From contig JBDKRC010000151.1 in NCBI GenBank assembly GCA_039683575.1, forward strand, positions 1-36,074: 36,074 nt of DNA, in the 5' to 3' direction. The notes under the pieces are model-generated. The model was not told the origin of the DNA, made no database searches, and saw only the letters and a program-made list of their open reading frames with translations. This document shows positions 7,005-16,124 of this stretch, piece after piece. The translations under genes were made by a program, and so were the position numbers. Every line of letters starts with the position of its first letter. Position 1 is the stretch's first letter. The stretch is from Armatimonadia bacterium (GTDB lineage Bacteria > Armatimonadota > Zipacnadia > Zipacnadales > UBA11051).

Positions 7005-9935
7005 CTACTGCGGCAGAGGCCCACTCCCCCAGTAATACATCCGAACCTCCCCTTGCTTCAGCCGTGCGCGAAATTCGCTGCTCCGCGGCCCGACGGCCTG
7101 CCCGGTCTCGAGATCATATACCTGCGCCAGTTGTGGCAGCTGCACCACGTGCTCCCCGTCCTGACCGGCGCGCAGTGCCAGCACATTCTCCCTCACATAC
7201 ACCGCGTCCCCGGCCTCGGTCCACAGCTGCACGTCTGCATCGAGTGCGATGCTACGCAGGAGTGACGCAGGCAGGTGTGTGGCGCCGGACCACACATTCT
7301 TGGTCTTTCCCATTTGCCCGCTGGCCAAACCTCCGTACGGCGTCCCCACCAGCATACCCAGCACATCCGCCTTATCGTCCACGCATACAAACCGTGGCGT
7401 CAGCAGCGCCGCCGGGCCGTAGGTGTAGCCATCCCCCGTCACCTTGACCTGTAGCGGCCCCTTCTCATATCGCTGCACGAGCGTCAGCCCGGTCAACTCC
7501 CGCATCGTCCTGCCGCCAATGCTTTCATCGATTGCCCCTGGTGCATAGACCCACAGCGCGGTGCATGGCTGCTGGGCCAGGGCCGCCTGAAGCTGCTTGC
7601 GGGAGGCCGCGTCCAGATAGAAGGCGTCGAGCATGATATACAGCTTGTACCCGGGCGCCCGGCCGCTCATCACATCGTCCAGGGTCCAGACATCCACCGG
7701 GGCACCAATGAGCGACAGCCCCACCCGCTGGTCCGACAGCAGCGGCTTGACGAGGTCGGACCCGGCTGCCGTATAGGCCAGGCTGATGTCATCTACGACT
7801 ACGGCAACCTCGCTGATGCTGCCGCGCCCAATACCTGCGAACTTGCGCAATCTCGTTGCTGCCGCCCCTCCGCTGCCCTCCTCAGCCACAGCCGCTCCGC
7901 TGCACAGCGCTCCCGCTACCGCTCCCGAACCGAGGCGTGCAGCAGCCGTTGCGACCCACAATTTGCCATGCTCCGCCAGGGAGGCCGCCACTGTTGACAT
8001 GACCGGCAGACCGGCCTCCCCCGCCGCGGCGGGAGCCACTATGAAATCAAGCTCCGGGGCTTCGCACACCGGCACCAGGGCCAGATGGCCGCCGTTTTGC
8101 GCACCACACCGGGTCCCGGCAAGATCGAAGATCTGTCCGTAAGCGACTCCGACGACTTTCCGCTCACCTGTGGCCTGCCGCGCCAGAGACGCAAAGTACC
8201 GGATTGTCTCCGCCACCAGGTCGGAACTGAAGGTCTGGTAGTCCACGATCTCCTGCGCCGCAGTGGGATCGTGCAAGACGCCACTGGGCGCACGCAGCCT
8301 CTCGGTCTGCCCCGGCACTCGCGCCTGGTTCCAGCCCGTGATCGGCTGGAACTCCTTGAGCGCCTCCGGCGAGTTCACCGGCTGCCCCGGCTGCCCCCAG
8401 GCCATGCGCAGAGACCGCGTATCACGGTACTTGTTCTTCAGCCACGCCCGGAAGGCCTCATGCTGTGGATGGCTGTAGTCCGAAAACACCCCCTGAGAGG
8501 CTCCCGGGTACACCCAGCGTCCATCTTCGCCTGCCGCGAGCTGATAGCCGATGATTGCCGGCCCCCATGGCCCGTCTTCCAGATGCTGGATCAGCCGCGT
8601 CAGGGCCGCCCCGGCATCCTTGCGCCATACCTCCGAGGCCCATGATGCGCTGGTCCGCTTCCCCCACTGCACGCTGTCCGGCAGCACGGTCTTGCCGTCG
8701 CCGAACACCATCAGTTCCTTGGGATGCTCTCTATCCCACCACGGCGGCGAGGAGACGTGCACGACCGGGATGATATAGGCCTCTGGATTGGCCGCCAGCG
8801 TCGCCGCCAGCCGTGCGTCCAACTCGCGGTAGTCAAACTCCTGAGGCCCCTTCCAGACTATGCTGCTCTCTCCCGTGGGGTCGAAGTCACTCGTGCACGG
8901 GACCATCACCCACGGCGCCTCAGCAGGCATCGCCTCACCCCGCAACCAGCCACCCAGCAGCGGTAGAGGCTGGTCATCCACCACAAAACACCCGCCGTTC
9001 CTGGCATTGCGCACGCTGATCTTGGCTGGGGCCGCCGGCGCCTGGACAGTCACCTCAAGCTCCGGCCGTTGCGCGAGCGTCGCCCCCGGCCAGGTCAGCC
9101 GCACCTTGTACGCGCCCACCACAATATGTCGCGGGATCGACAGGGCCAGCGTCTCCGTCCGTGGCTGCGTAGTCACCGCCACCGGAGCACGCAGGACTGA
9201 TACCGGCGTCTCGCCCCGCAGTAACTGCAGTTCGAAGGGCACCGGACGCGCCGTCTGCCTGTCCCCTTCCACGCGCACCTGCACCGGCAGTGCCTTCCCT
9301 GCTTGCACCCCTCTGGCAGCGACCAGATTCCCGGCCTGAAGCGCCGGCGGAGGCGCTCGCAGCACCGTCAGTTCATCAAGATACAAGCGGTAGGTCTTCC
9401 CCGCCTCCAGCCCCGAGACGGTCAGTTCCACTGCCCCATACGGAGGCGGCGGCAGGGCTCCCGGTAGCCCCTCAAAGTCACTCACCCGAAACACATACCG
9501 GTACCAGCCCCGCTGCAGTTGCAGGGCCACCGGCGGAGCCACCCACGTCCTGCCCTCGGCGTCGGTCAAGCGCGGCGCGAGTTGCAGAGCAAGCTCGTCC
9601 GGATTCTTGACCCAGACCGCCAGCCCATCGAAATCGCGCTGGTTGGGGATAGCCAGCGTAGCCTGCGTCCCAGCCTGCCCCGCCGCAAAGTCCCAGCGCA
9701 CGCTCGCGCCCGCCACCCTTGCGCCCTTCTCCGGCGTCAGCGCAAACCGGCTGAAGGACGCCCGCAGCATACCCGGCGGCAGTGTCTGCACGCAGTACGG
9801 CGTCCTGTCGAAGCTCTCGGCCACCGTCGCCGTCCAATCCGCGGGCAGGTCGTCAGCCACCACGACGCCCAGCGCCAGCACGCACGCACTCACAGCCAAC
9901 CATCTCATTATCGGCATCAATCTCGGTATCCTCAT
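7005..9935 (-). CDS. Secreted GH42/beta-galactosidase-like glycoside hydrolase with N-terminal CBM-like domain
   Basis: Signal peptide; PPWW..HPKEL, SWASEVW, IIGYQLAAGEDGRW and DYS..AFRAWLKNKY motifs; C-terminal trimerisation-like region (YKLYIM...LWVYAPG). Confidence 0.7.
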   Translation of the reverse strand: MRIPRLMPIMRWLAVSACVLALGVVVADDLPADWTATVAESFDRTPYCVQTLPPGMLRASFSRFALTPEKGARVAGASVRWDFAAGQAGTQATLAIPNQRDFDGLAVWVKNPDELALQLAPRLTDAEGRTWVAPPVALQLQRGWYRYVFRVSDFEGLPGALPPPPYGAVELTVSGLEAGKTYRLYLDELTVLRAPPPALQAGNLVAARGVQAGKALPVQVRVEGDRQTARPVPFELQLLRGETPVSVLRAPVAVTTQPRTETLALSIPRHIVVGAYKVRLTWPGATLAQRPELEVTVQAPAAPAKISVRNARNGGCFVVDDQPLPLLGGWLRGEAMPAEAPWVMVPCTSDFDPTGESSIVWKGPQEFDYRELDARLAATLAANPEAYIIPVVHVSSPPWWDREHPKELMVFGDGKTVLPDSVQWGKRTSASWASEVWRKDAGAALTRLIQHLEDGPWGPAIIGYQLAAGEDGRWVYPGASQGVFSDYSHPQHEAFRAWLKNKYRDTRSLRMAWGQPGQPVNSPEALKEFQPITGWNQARVPGQTERLRAPSGVLHDPTAAQEIVDYQTFSSDLVAETIRYFASLARQATGERKVVGVAYGQIFDLAGTRCGAQNGGHLALVPVCEAPELDFIVAPAAAGEAGLPVMSTVAASLAEHGKLWVATAAARLGSGAVAGALCSGAAVAEEGSGGAAATRLRKFAGIGRGSISEVAVVVDDISLAYTAAGSDLVKPLLSDQRVGLSLIGAPVDVWTLDDVMSGRAPGYKLYIMLDAFYLDAASRKQLQAALAQQPCTALWVYAPGAIDESIGGRTMRELTGLTLVQRYEKGPLQVKVTGDGYTYGPAALLTPRFVCVDDKADVLGMLVGTPYGGLASGQMGKTKNVWSGATHLPASLLRSIALDADVQLWTEAGDAVYVRENVLALRAGQDGEHVVQLPQLAQVYDLETGQAVGPRSSEFRARLKQGEVRMYYWGSGPLPQ

Positions 9936-10399
9936 GGTATCATCGTGGTGCGGTCCCAGTTGCAGACGTCGCGGTCCAGGTCCTCGCCGCCCTCGCAGCC
10001 ATCTTTCCCATAGCTGGCCAAGTCATATGGCCGCCTCAGTTCACTGCCCTTGAGCATCTTGCCCGGGCACATAAACTTGAACGGCCGCCCCCACCCGTCC
10101 TGCAGATCGGCCGGCTTGGTCAGGTACGGCCCCGCCCAGCCATGCGGCGCGTCCTCCTTGGGGAGGGCCAGCAGCGCTTCCAAGCCCTGCTCCTGGGATG
10201 GCAGTTCCCCCCCACAATCGAAGCAGTACTTCTCCAGCGCCGCCTCAATCGCTGTCATGCGCTTGATGGTCAGCCCACGCTTCGCTGACTCGGAGCGGTC
10301 GTTCACATAGTAGTAGAACGCAAAAGCCCCCACCATCACCACCATCAATGCATAGAGCAGTTGCGTCGCAGCCAGGCCGTGTCGTTTGCTGTGTCTCAT
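9932..10399 (-). CDS. gspG: Type II secretion major pseudopilin GspG-like protein
   Basis: Basic leader, Gly, hydrophobic helix; QGLEALL, WAGPYL, DGWGRPF, YDLASYGKDG..GG and D..NW motifs. Confidence 0.8.
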   Translation of the reverse strand: MRHSKRHGLAATQLLYALMVVMVGAFAFYYYVNDRSESAKRGLTIKRMTAIEAALEKYCFDCGGELPSQEQGLEALLALPKEDAPHGWAGPYLTKPADLQDGWGRPFKFMCPGKMLKGSELRRPYDLASYGKDGCEGGEDLDRDVCNWDRTTMIP

Positions 10400-10417
10400 G
10401 CTTCATCAACCCTGTTG

Positions 10418-12601
10418 TTAGCGCATGCGCTGCACGATGTAGGCTACGTCATCCGTCACAGCGGCCACCTCTACAGCCAGTTCACCGTCTCTAACGATAG
10501 CCGTCCGCGGCTCACCCAGTTCACCCGTCCTGGTGTCAAAAGTCCGGCACACATACCGCCCACTCTTCATGCCGTCCACACGCACGACCACCCTCGGTGT
10601 CGGCTCCGGCACCTTCTGCGCCCGCAGCAGCGGCCATATGTGTCCAGTATTCTGCGCCCACAGCCAGACCGCCTCCGCCGTCCCAAGGCCCAGCACCCGC
10701 AGGCGCTGGGTTCCGCTCACAAAGCTCTCCAGCCGGTAAGTCGCCGTGATCCAGTCCGGCCCAACATTCTCGACCACAATCTCGTGCACCCCCGACGGCA
10801 CCTCGATCTCGTATGCGCCATCATAGGTGTGTATGGCCTGCACTGTGGTCTGCGCCGGCATGTCGCGCTCGAACGCGACCTGCCCGTCCAGGCGAATCTG
10901 CAGCTTACCGCCGCCTGCATACGACACACCATCAACTACTACTGCAAACTTCCCCGGCACCGGCCAGGTTCCCCTGAAAGTCTGCGGATTGTGCCATTCC
11001 TTGTGATTGCGCACACCATGCAGGATCGTGTCATAGGTGTCGCGGGCAGGAAGCCTGTCCGGCGCAATCTCCACAGTCACCGGCCCGTACTGCAGGTTGC
11101 CCCAGCCCCGTCGCCCCGCCGTCAGCATCCCCTCGCCGTAACTGTCGGTCTCACCCGGCGCAAGCTCTACCGCCGTCTCCACCGGCCTGGGGTCGCCACG
11201 CCACGCGATCTGCCCCGCGAATTGGTTCACGGGCTTGAACACCGGGTAGAGGTTATACGGGTGAATGTACGAATCCCACCACCACGTCATCGGCGTCCCC
11301 GCCGCACCGCTCATCAGCCCCGCCCACAGCGAGTTATGCAACGCCACCCCCTGCTTGTCCTCACGCTCCACCTTCCCCTGCCAGTCTATCCCAATCTCGC
11401 CGAAGAACGCCGGCCGCCCGTACTTCTCTTTCTCCCGCTGCCACTGCGTAACTGTCTGCGCCTGATCCGTCAGCCCATAGTGATGCATCTGGATGAAGTC
11501 CATCTGCGGCAGCGCCTGCACCGCCGGATCCCCCTGCGGCCCAGCATAGCTGGTGGTCACCAGGTGCCCCTGCGGGTCGGTCTCGTGCAGATAATCAGCC
11601 ATCTCGGCGTGCCACGCGGCCACGTCAGCCGAGTTGTACCCATCCACGAGGTTGACTTCGTTCCACAGCTCCCAGCACATCACCGCCGGGGAGCTGGACC
11701 ACCTCGCCACACAGTACCTCAGCCGCCGTTTGAACAGCTCCCGCGCCTGCTCATTAGTGAAGAACTCCGGCGGCGTGGCCAGCGGCCCGCCCAGCGCCGC
11801 ATTGTATGGGTTGCTCTGCCAAAGCTGGTACATGGGCTTGCTGCGCAGTGCATTGAACGACTCCAGACAGAGCATAACACGCAAGCCCTTCTGCCCCGCC
11901 AGCTTGACGATGTAGTCCACCCGCCAGCAGTTCTCCAGGTCATAGCGCCCCAGCCCCACCTTCGTCTCGCCCGAACTCCCCGCCCGTTCCACCGCCAGAC
12001 GCGTAAACGTATTGACCCACAGCCGGGCCCAGTTCCCGCCGTTGTCCCCCAGCCCACCGAACCAGTCGTCATAGTCGTAAGTGCCGCGCGTACCCGGCCA
12101 GCACACATTCTCCCCGATCGCGAAGTACGGCCGCCCATCCCCCGTCTCGAAGTGCCGCTGATTGGGAGCCACCTTCAGGAAGTCGTCCCGGCCCTTCGCC
12201 ACGCGCATTCTCCGCCACTCCCCCGCCCACGTCTCATCCCCCGCCCGCGCGGTCACCCGGCACCGGTACTCCCCACTCTCTCGCGGCGTATACCGCACCC
12301 GCCATTCCTGAGCGCCCTGCAGCGCCAGCCGCTCGTCCTTCCCCTCCAGCGTCCGGGCATAGTCCTGAAACCAAAAAGCCGGCACGCGTTGTCGCGCACC
12401 GGCCGGTGTTCTAATCTCAAGCTCAATCGCTATCTGCCCGGGGTCAAACGGGTTATCAAACTCTGTGCGTCCCTCCAGCCGCAGCTCCCACGCCTGCCCC
12501 TGCAGAGGCCCCTGCGGCCAGTTCAGCACCCGGTACTGCAGCCCCTGCGCCCCCGCGCTGGCGGATACCATAGTCATCAGCGCCAGCACTCCCAGCCGCA
12601 A
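10418..12601 (-). CDS. Secreted DUF5060-domain, GH5-like glycoside hydrolase
   Basis: Signal peptide; NPFDP...PAFW...WRVRYTP (DUF5060-like); WELWNEV acid/base and FFGEIG nucleophile motifs of clan GH-A; GGAGG RBS before TTG. Confidence 0.78.
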   Translation of the reverse strand: MRLGVLALMTMVSASAGAQGLQYRVLNWPQGPLQGQAWELRLEGRTEFDNPFDPGQIAIELEIRTPAGARQRVPAFWFQDYARTLEGKDERLALQGAQEWRVRYTPRESGEYRCRVTARAGDETWAGEWRRMRVAKGRDDFLKVAPNQRHFETGDGRPYFAIGENVCWPGTRGTYDYDDWFGGLGDNGGNWARLWVNTFTRLAVERAGSSGETKVGLGRYDLENCWRVDYIVKLAGQKGLRVMLCLESFNALRSKPMYQLWQSNPYNAALGGPLATPPEFFTNEQARELFKRRLRYCVARWSSSPAVMCWELWNEVNLVDGYNSADVAAWHAEMADYLHETDPQGHLVTTSYAGPQGDPAVQALPQMDFIQMHHYGLTDQAQTVTQWQREKEKYGRPAFFGEIGIDWQGKVEREDKQGVALHNSLWAGLMSGAAGTPMTWWWDSYIHPYNLYPVFKPVNQFAGQIAWRGDPRPVETAVELAPGETDSYGEGMLTAGRRGWGNLQYGPVTVEIAPDRLPARDTYDTILHGVRNHKEWHNPQTFRGTWPVPGKFAVVVDGVSYAGGGKLQIRLDGQVAFERDMPAQTTVQAIHTYDGAYEIEVPSGVHEIVVENVGPDWITATYRLESFVSGTQRLRVLGLGTAEAVWLWAQNTGHIWPLLRAQKVPEPTPRVVVRVDGMKSGRYVCRTFDTRTGELGEPRTAIVRDGELAVEVAAVTDDVAYIVQRMR

Positions 12602-12640
12602 AGTGGACCTCCGTGATTAGCGCGTGGTGTGCCGCGGTCC

Positions 12641-13846
12641 TTACTCTTGGGACATCATCTTGATGAAGTTATCGAACAGGTAGCTCGCATCGTGCGGTCC
12701 CGGCCCCGCCTCAGGATGATACTGCACGCAAAACAGCGGGAGTTCCTTATGCCTGAGACCCTCGCAGGTGTTGTCATTGAGGTTCAGGTGCGTGATCTCC
12801 ATCCCGCTGCCCTTGAGCGAGTCCATGTCCACGCAGAAGCCGTGGTTCTGGGTGGTGATCTCCACCTCATCGGTCTCGAGGTTCTTCACCGGATGGTTGC
12901 ATCCCCGATGCCCGAACTTCAGCTTGTAGGTCGTGCCGCCCATGGCCCAGCCGATGATCTGCTGCCCCAGGCACACGCCGAACACCGGCACTTTGCCAAT
13001 CACGCCGCGAGCGGTGTTGATGGCATAGTCCAGAAGCTGCGGGTCGCCAGGGCCATTGGACAGCAGCACCCCGTCTGGCTTCCACTCCAGTACCTGCTCC
13101 GCCGTCGTCTCCGCCGGCACGACCACGATGTCGCAGCCCCGGCTGTACAGGTGCCGCAGGATGTTCTGCTTGATGCCCCAATCCATGCATACCACACGGT
13201 AGATCCGCGGCGCATAGAGCGGCATGCCATCGCGGTAGATGGTGCGCTGGCGAGGCCGCGGCTTGCTGCGGTCATCTGACCAGATATCCGGCGTCACGGC
13301 CTCCTCGATATAGCCGTCCTCGGCCCACCGATGCGGATGCGCGCAGGTAACCTGCTTGACGAAGTCCACATTCTCCAGGCGCGGGGCCTGCTGGGCCTTC
13401 TTGATGACGCTGCCAGGGTCTAGGTCCGTGCTGGAGATGACGCCCATCTTGGCGCCATAGGTGCGCAGATGCTTGGTCAGCCGTCGCGTGTCGATCCCTG
13501 AAATGCCCGGGATGCCGTGCTGCTTGAGGTAATCCGGCAAGCTTATCGTGGACCGGAAGTTGCTCGGCCGGTGGCACGCCTCACGCACCACGAAACCCTC
13601 CACCCATGGCCGCCAGGACTCATCGTCCTCAGCGTTGATACCATAGTTGCCCTGCTGGGTATAGGTCATCGTCACAATCTGGCCACGATATGAGGGGTCC
13701 GTCAGGACTTCCTGGTAGCCAGTCATGCCGGTGTTGAAGACAACTTCACCGTGCCGCTCGCCCTCGGCCCCGAAAGCTTCACCCTCAAAAACAGTCCCAT
13801 CCTCCAGGGCCAGGATGGCGGGTTTCACGTTATCGTAACTACTCAT
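12641..13846 (-). CDS. carA: Carbamoyl-phosphate synthase small (glutaminase) subunit
   Basis: GEVVFNTGMTGYQEVLTDPSY, LSNGPGDP, GVCLGQQ, GHRGCNHPV, TQNHGF and QYHPEAGPGPHD motifs. Confidence 0.98.
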   Translation of the reverse strand: MSSYDNVKPAILALEDGTVFEGEAFGAEGERHGEVVFNTGMTGYQEVLTDPSYRGQIVTMTYTQQGNYGINAEDDESWRPWVEGFVVREACHRPSNFRSTISLPDYLKQHGIPGISGIDTRRLTKHLRTYGAKMGVISSTDLDPGSVIKKAQQAPRLENVDFVKQVTCAHPHRWAEDGYIEEAVTPDIWSDDRSKPRPRQRTIYRDGMPLYAPRIYRVVCMDWGIKQNILRHLYSRGCDIVVVPAETTAEQVLEWKPDGVLLSNGPGDPQLLDYAINTARGVIGKVPVFGVCLGQQIIGWAMGGTTYKLKFGHRGCNHPVKNLETDEVEITTQNHGFCVDMDSLKGSGMEITHLNLNDNTCEGLRHKELPLFCVQYHPEAGPGPHDASYLFDNFIKMMSQE

Positions 13847-13927
13847 GTTTATGCTTCACCAGTTGGGATTGCAGAACGGGGAGCGTCGGTCCAAAGACCC
13901 GGCGCATACGAACTCGCACGCTGAGTG

Positions 13928-13956
13928 ATTATACCATCTTGCCGAGCTGTTCTCAA
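13928..13956 (-). promoter_or_regulatory. Sigma70 promoter of carA
   Basis: Minus strand TTGAGA-N17-TATAAT with TGn extension. Confidence 0.8.
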
Positions 13957-14028
13957 GGTCACAAGGGGCGGGGAATGACCATGAGGGGGATCAGGGGGCC
14001 GAGCACGAGGAACCGCCCCCCACGCCTC

Positions 14029-14057
14029 TTGCATCTCATTTGCGGCGAGACTATAGT
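14029..14057 (+). promoter_or_regulatory. Sigma70 promoter of the aminotransferase gene
   Basis: TTGCAT-N17-TATAGT about 30 nt upstream of the ATG at 14090. Confidence 0.72.
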
Positions 14058-14089
14058 AACAGGGTCGTCAGGATATGGAGGTTTTTCTC

Positions 14090-15025
14090 ATGCCGCAATA
14101 TGACAAGATGCAAGCGTACCATGACGGGGAGTTCAAGCCCCTTTTCGAGGCGAAGCTCTCCATCTGGGACAGCATCATCATGCTCGGCGACGGCGTCTTC
14201 GAGATGACGCGCACGTTCGGGCACAAACCATTCATGCTGGACCGCCACCTCGACCGCCTGTGGCGTTCGATGAAGCTGTCGCAGATTGACCCCGGCATCA
14301 GCCAGGACGAGGTCAAAGACCTCTCTCTGAAGGTCCTTGAGCTCAACAAGCCGTACCTCGAGTCCGAACTGGACTTCTTCATCCGCCACGACGTGTCCCG
14401 CGGTGTGGTCCCCTATTACGCAAGATGCGCCAACACCAAAGTCCACCCCACCATCGTCATCTCCGCCGTGCCGCTCATTGAGTACGTGGCGCGGGTGTCA
14501 TGGGCTTTCGAGGAGGGCATCCACGCCGTAGTGCCTGTCCAGCGCTCGATTCCGCCCTATTACCTCGATCCGAAGCTCAAGACCCGCTCGCGGCTGCACT
14601 ACCAGATGGCCAACCTGCAGGCCCAGCGCGTCGATCCGCGGGCGTGGGCGGTGCTGATGGATGAGCACGGTTTCCTGACCGAGGGCACCAGCTCGAACTT
14701 CCACATCATCAAGGGCGACACGATCTACACCCCCGAGGGGCGTGACATCCTGCGCGGGATCAGCCGTGGCTATGTCGCCGAGATTGCCGAAGCCGTGGGG
14801 CTGAAGTTCGAGGAGGCGAACATCGAGCCGTATGACGTCCATGCGGCTGACGAGGCCTTCTTCACCGCCTCCTCGTACTGCATGGTCCCGGTCAGCCACT
14901 TCGACTGCCGGCCAGTCGGCACCGGCAAGCCCGGCCCGGTGGTAAAGAAGCTGCTCGCTGAGTGGAGCCGCCGCGTAGGCGTGGACATTGTCGCCCAGGC
15001 CAAAGCGGCAGAGAAGTACCTGTAG
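14090..15025 (+). CDS. Class IV PLP-dependent aminotransferase (branched-chain/D-amino-acid type)
   Basis: GDGVFE, DPKLKTRSRLHY (Schiff-base Lys), LTEGTSSNF, ILRGISR and ADEAFFTAS motifs. GGAGG at 14077-14081 favours the ATG at 14090. Confidence 0.92.
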   Translation: MPQYDKMQAYHDGEFKPLFEAKLSIWDSIIMLGDGVFEMTRTFGHKPFMLDRHLDRLWRSMKLSQIDPGISQDEVKDLSLKVLELNKPYLESELDFFIRHDVSRGVVPYYARCANTKVHPTIVISAVPLIEYVARVSWAFEEGIHAVVPVQRSIPPYYLDPKLKTRSRLHYQMANLQAQRVDPRAWAVLMDEHGFLTEGTSSNFHIIKGDTIYTPEGRDILRGISRGYVAEIAEAVGLKFEEANIEPYDVHAADEAFFTASSYCMVPVSHFDCRPVGTGKPGPVVKKLLAEWSRRVGVDIVAQAKAAEKYL

Positions 15026-15032
15026 TCTTGAT

Positions 15033-15064
15033 CGTTGAGGGCGGCTGCCAGGCCGCCCTCAACG
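15033..15064. terminator. Strong stem-loop after the aminotransferase
   Basis: 13-bp perfect stem CGTTGAGGGCGGC / GCCGCCCTCAACG; only a weak U-tract. Confidence 0.55.
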
Positions 15065-15160
15065 GTTCTGCTTCCTCATCCCCTCAATTCGCGCCCCTCT
15101 TCAGCCGATATACCCTCCAACTGTCCCGCCGCAACGTTACCTGATCGTTCCTGAGGAGAG

Positions 15161-16123
15161 ATGCCCGTGCGCGTATTGGCTGCCACCGCCGATGCGGTGA
15201 CCCGCGCCGCTTTGGCAAGCATATTGGAGAGTCTGAACTACGAGGTCACGTTTGCCGGTGACTCCGAGGAGGCGTGGCGAGTGCTCAACAGCGAGAACCC
15301 GCCCCCTCTCGCGCTCCTCGACTGTGCGCTGTCGGCCCCCCCGGCGATGACCCTGTGCCGCCGCCTGCGCGACCGGCGCGAAAGCCCCTACCTGTACGTC
15401 ATACTGCTCGAGCAGCCCGATCACCCCGTCGCCGCGCAAGCCTTCGCCGCAGGCGCCGATGACTACCTCGACAGCCTGGTCGCCCCCCGCGTAGAGTTGC
15501 GCCTGCGTGCCGCCGAGCACATCCTTAACCTGCAGCGCAACCTGATGGCCTCCAGACAGGCCCTGGAGTACAAGTCCACCCACGATTCGCTAACCGGCGT
15601 CTGGAACCGCTCAGAGGTGCTTGAGACGTTGCAGCGGGAGATCGCGCGCTGTGAGCGGGAGGGGCAGTCTCTGGTCGTCGTCATGGTTGATGTCGATCAC
15701 TTCAAGCGAGTGAACGACATGCACGGCCACGTGGCCGGAGACGCGGCGTTAAGGGAGGTTACGGGGCGGCTGAGGAGTTCCATACGCCCCTACGACGCGC
15801 TGGGGAGGTATGGCGGCGAGGAGTTCATCGGCATCCTGCCGGGGTGCAGCAAGACCAATGCCATAGACATGGCCGAGCGCCTGCGACTGCGGATAGCCTC
15901 CGAGCCGGTAGACCTCGGAATAGCCACCATCCCAATCACAATCAGCCTGGGCCTGGCGATGTGGCAGTCAGGGGACGAGTGCGACATGCAGGCCGTACTC
16001 AGGGCGGCCGACGCGGCGCTCTACCGGGCCAAGAGGGGCGGGCGCAACCGCGTCGAGGCCGCCTGGGTGGAATCAACCAGCCGCGTCAGCATCCCCATAG
16101 ACCCCACTATCGCCGCTGCATGA
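15161..16123 (+). CDS. Diguanylate cyclase with (pseudo)receiver domain
   Basis: HDSLTGVWNR, DVDHFKRVND, RPYD I-site and RYGGEEF active site; N-terminal REC-like fold. Confidence 0.93.
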   Translation: MPVRVLAATADAVTRAALASILESLNYEVTFAGDSEEAWRVLNSENPPPLALLDCALSAPPAMTLCRRLRDRRESPYLYVILLEQPDHPVAAQAFAAGADDYLDSLVAPRVELRLRAAEHILNLQRNLMASRQALEYKSTHDSLTGVWNRSEVLETLQREIARCEREGQSLVVVMVDVDHFKRVNDMHGHVAGDAALREVTGRLRSSIRPYDALGRYGGEEFIGILPGCSKTNAIDMAERLRLRIASEPVDLGIATIPITISLGLAMWQSGDECDMQAVLRAADAALYRAKRGGRNRVEAAWVESTSRVSIPIDPTIAAA

Positions 16124-16124
16124 C

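Noticed and set aside
10361-12616. 751-aa + strand ORF
   Set aside because: Antisense shadow of the DUF5060/GH5-like gene; rich in Arg/Pro/His with no motifs, typical of high-GC codon bias.
13847-13921. PyrR-type attenuator or riboswitch in the carA leader
   Set aside because: Only a small GGTC/GACC hairpin is present; no PyrR binding-loop consensus or U-tailed terminator is visible.
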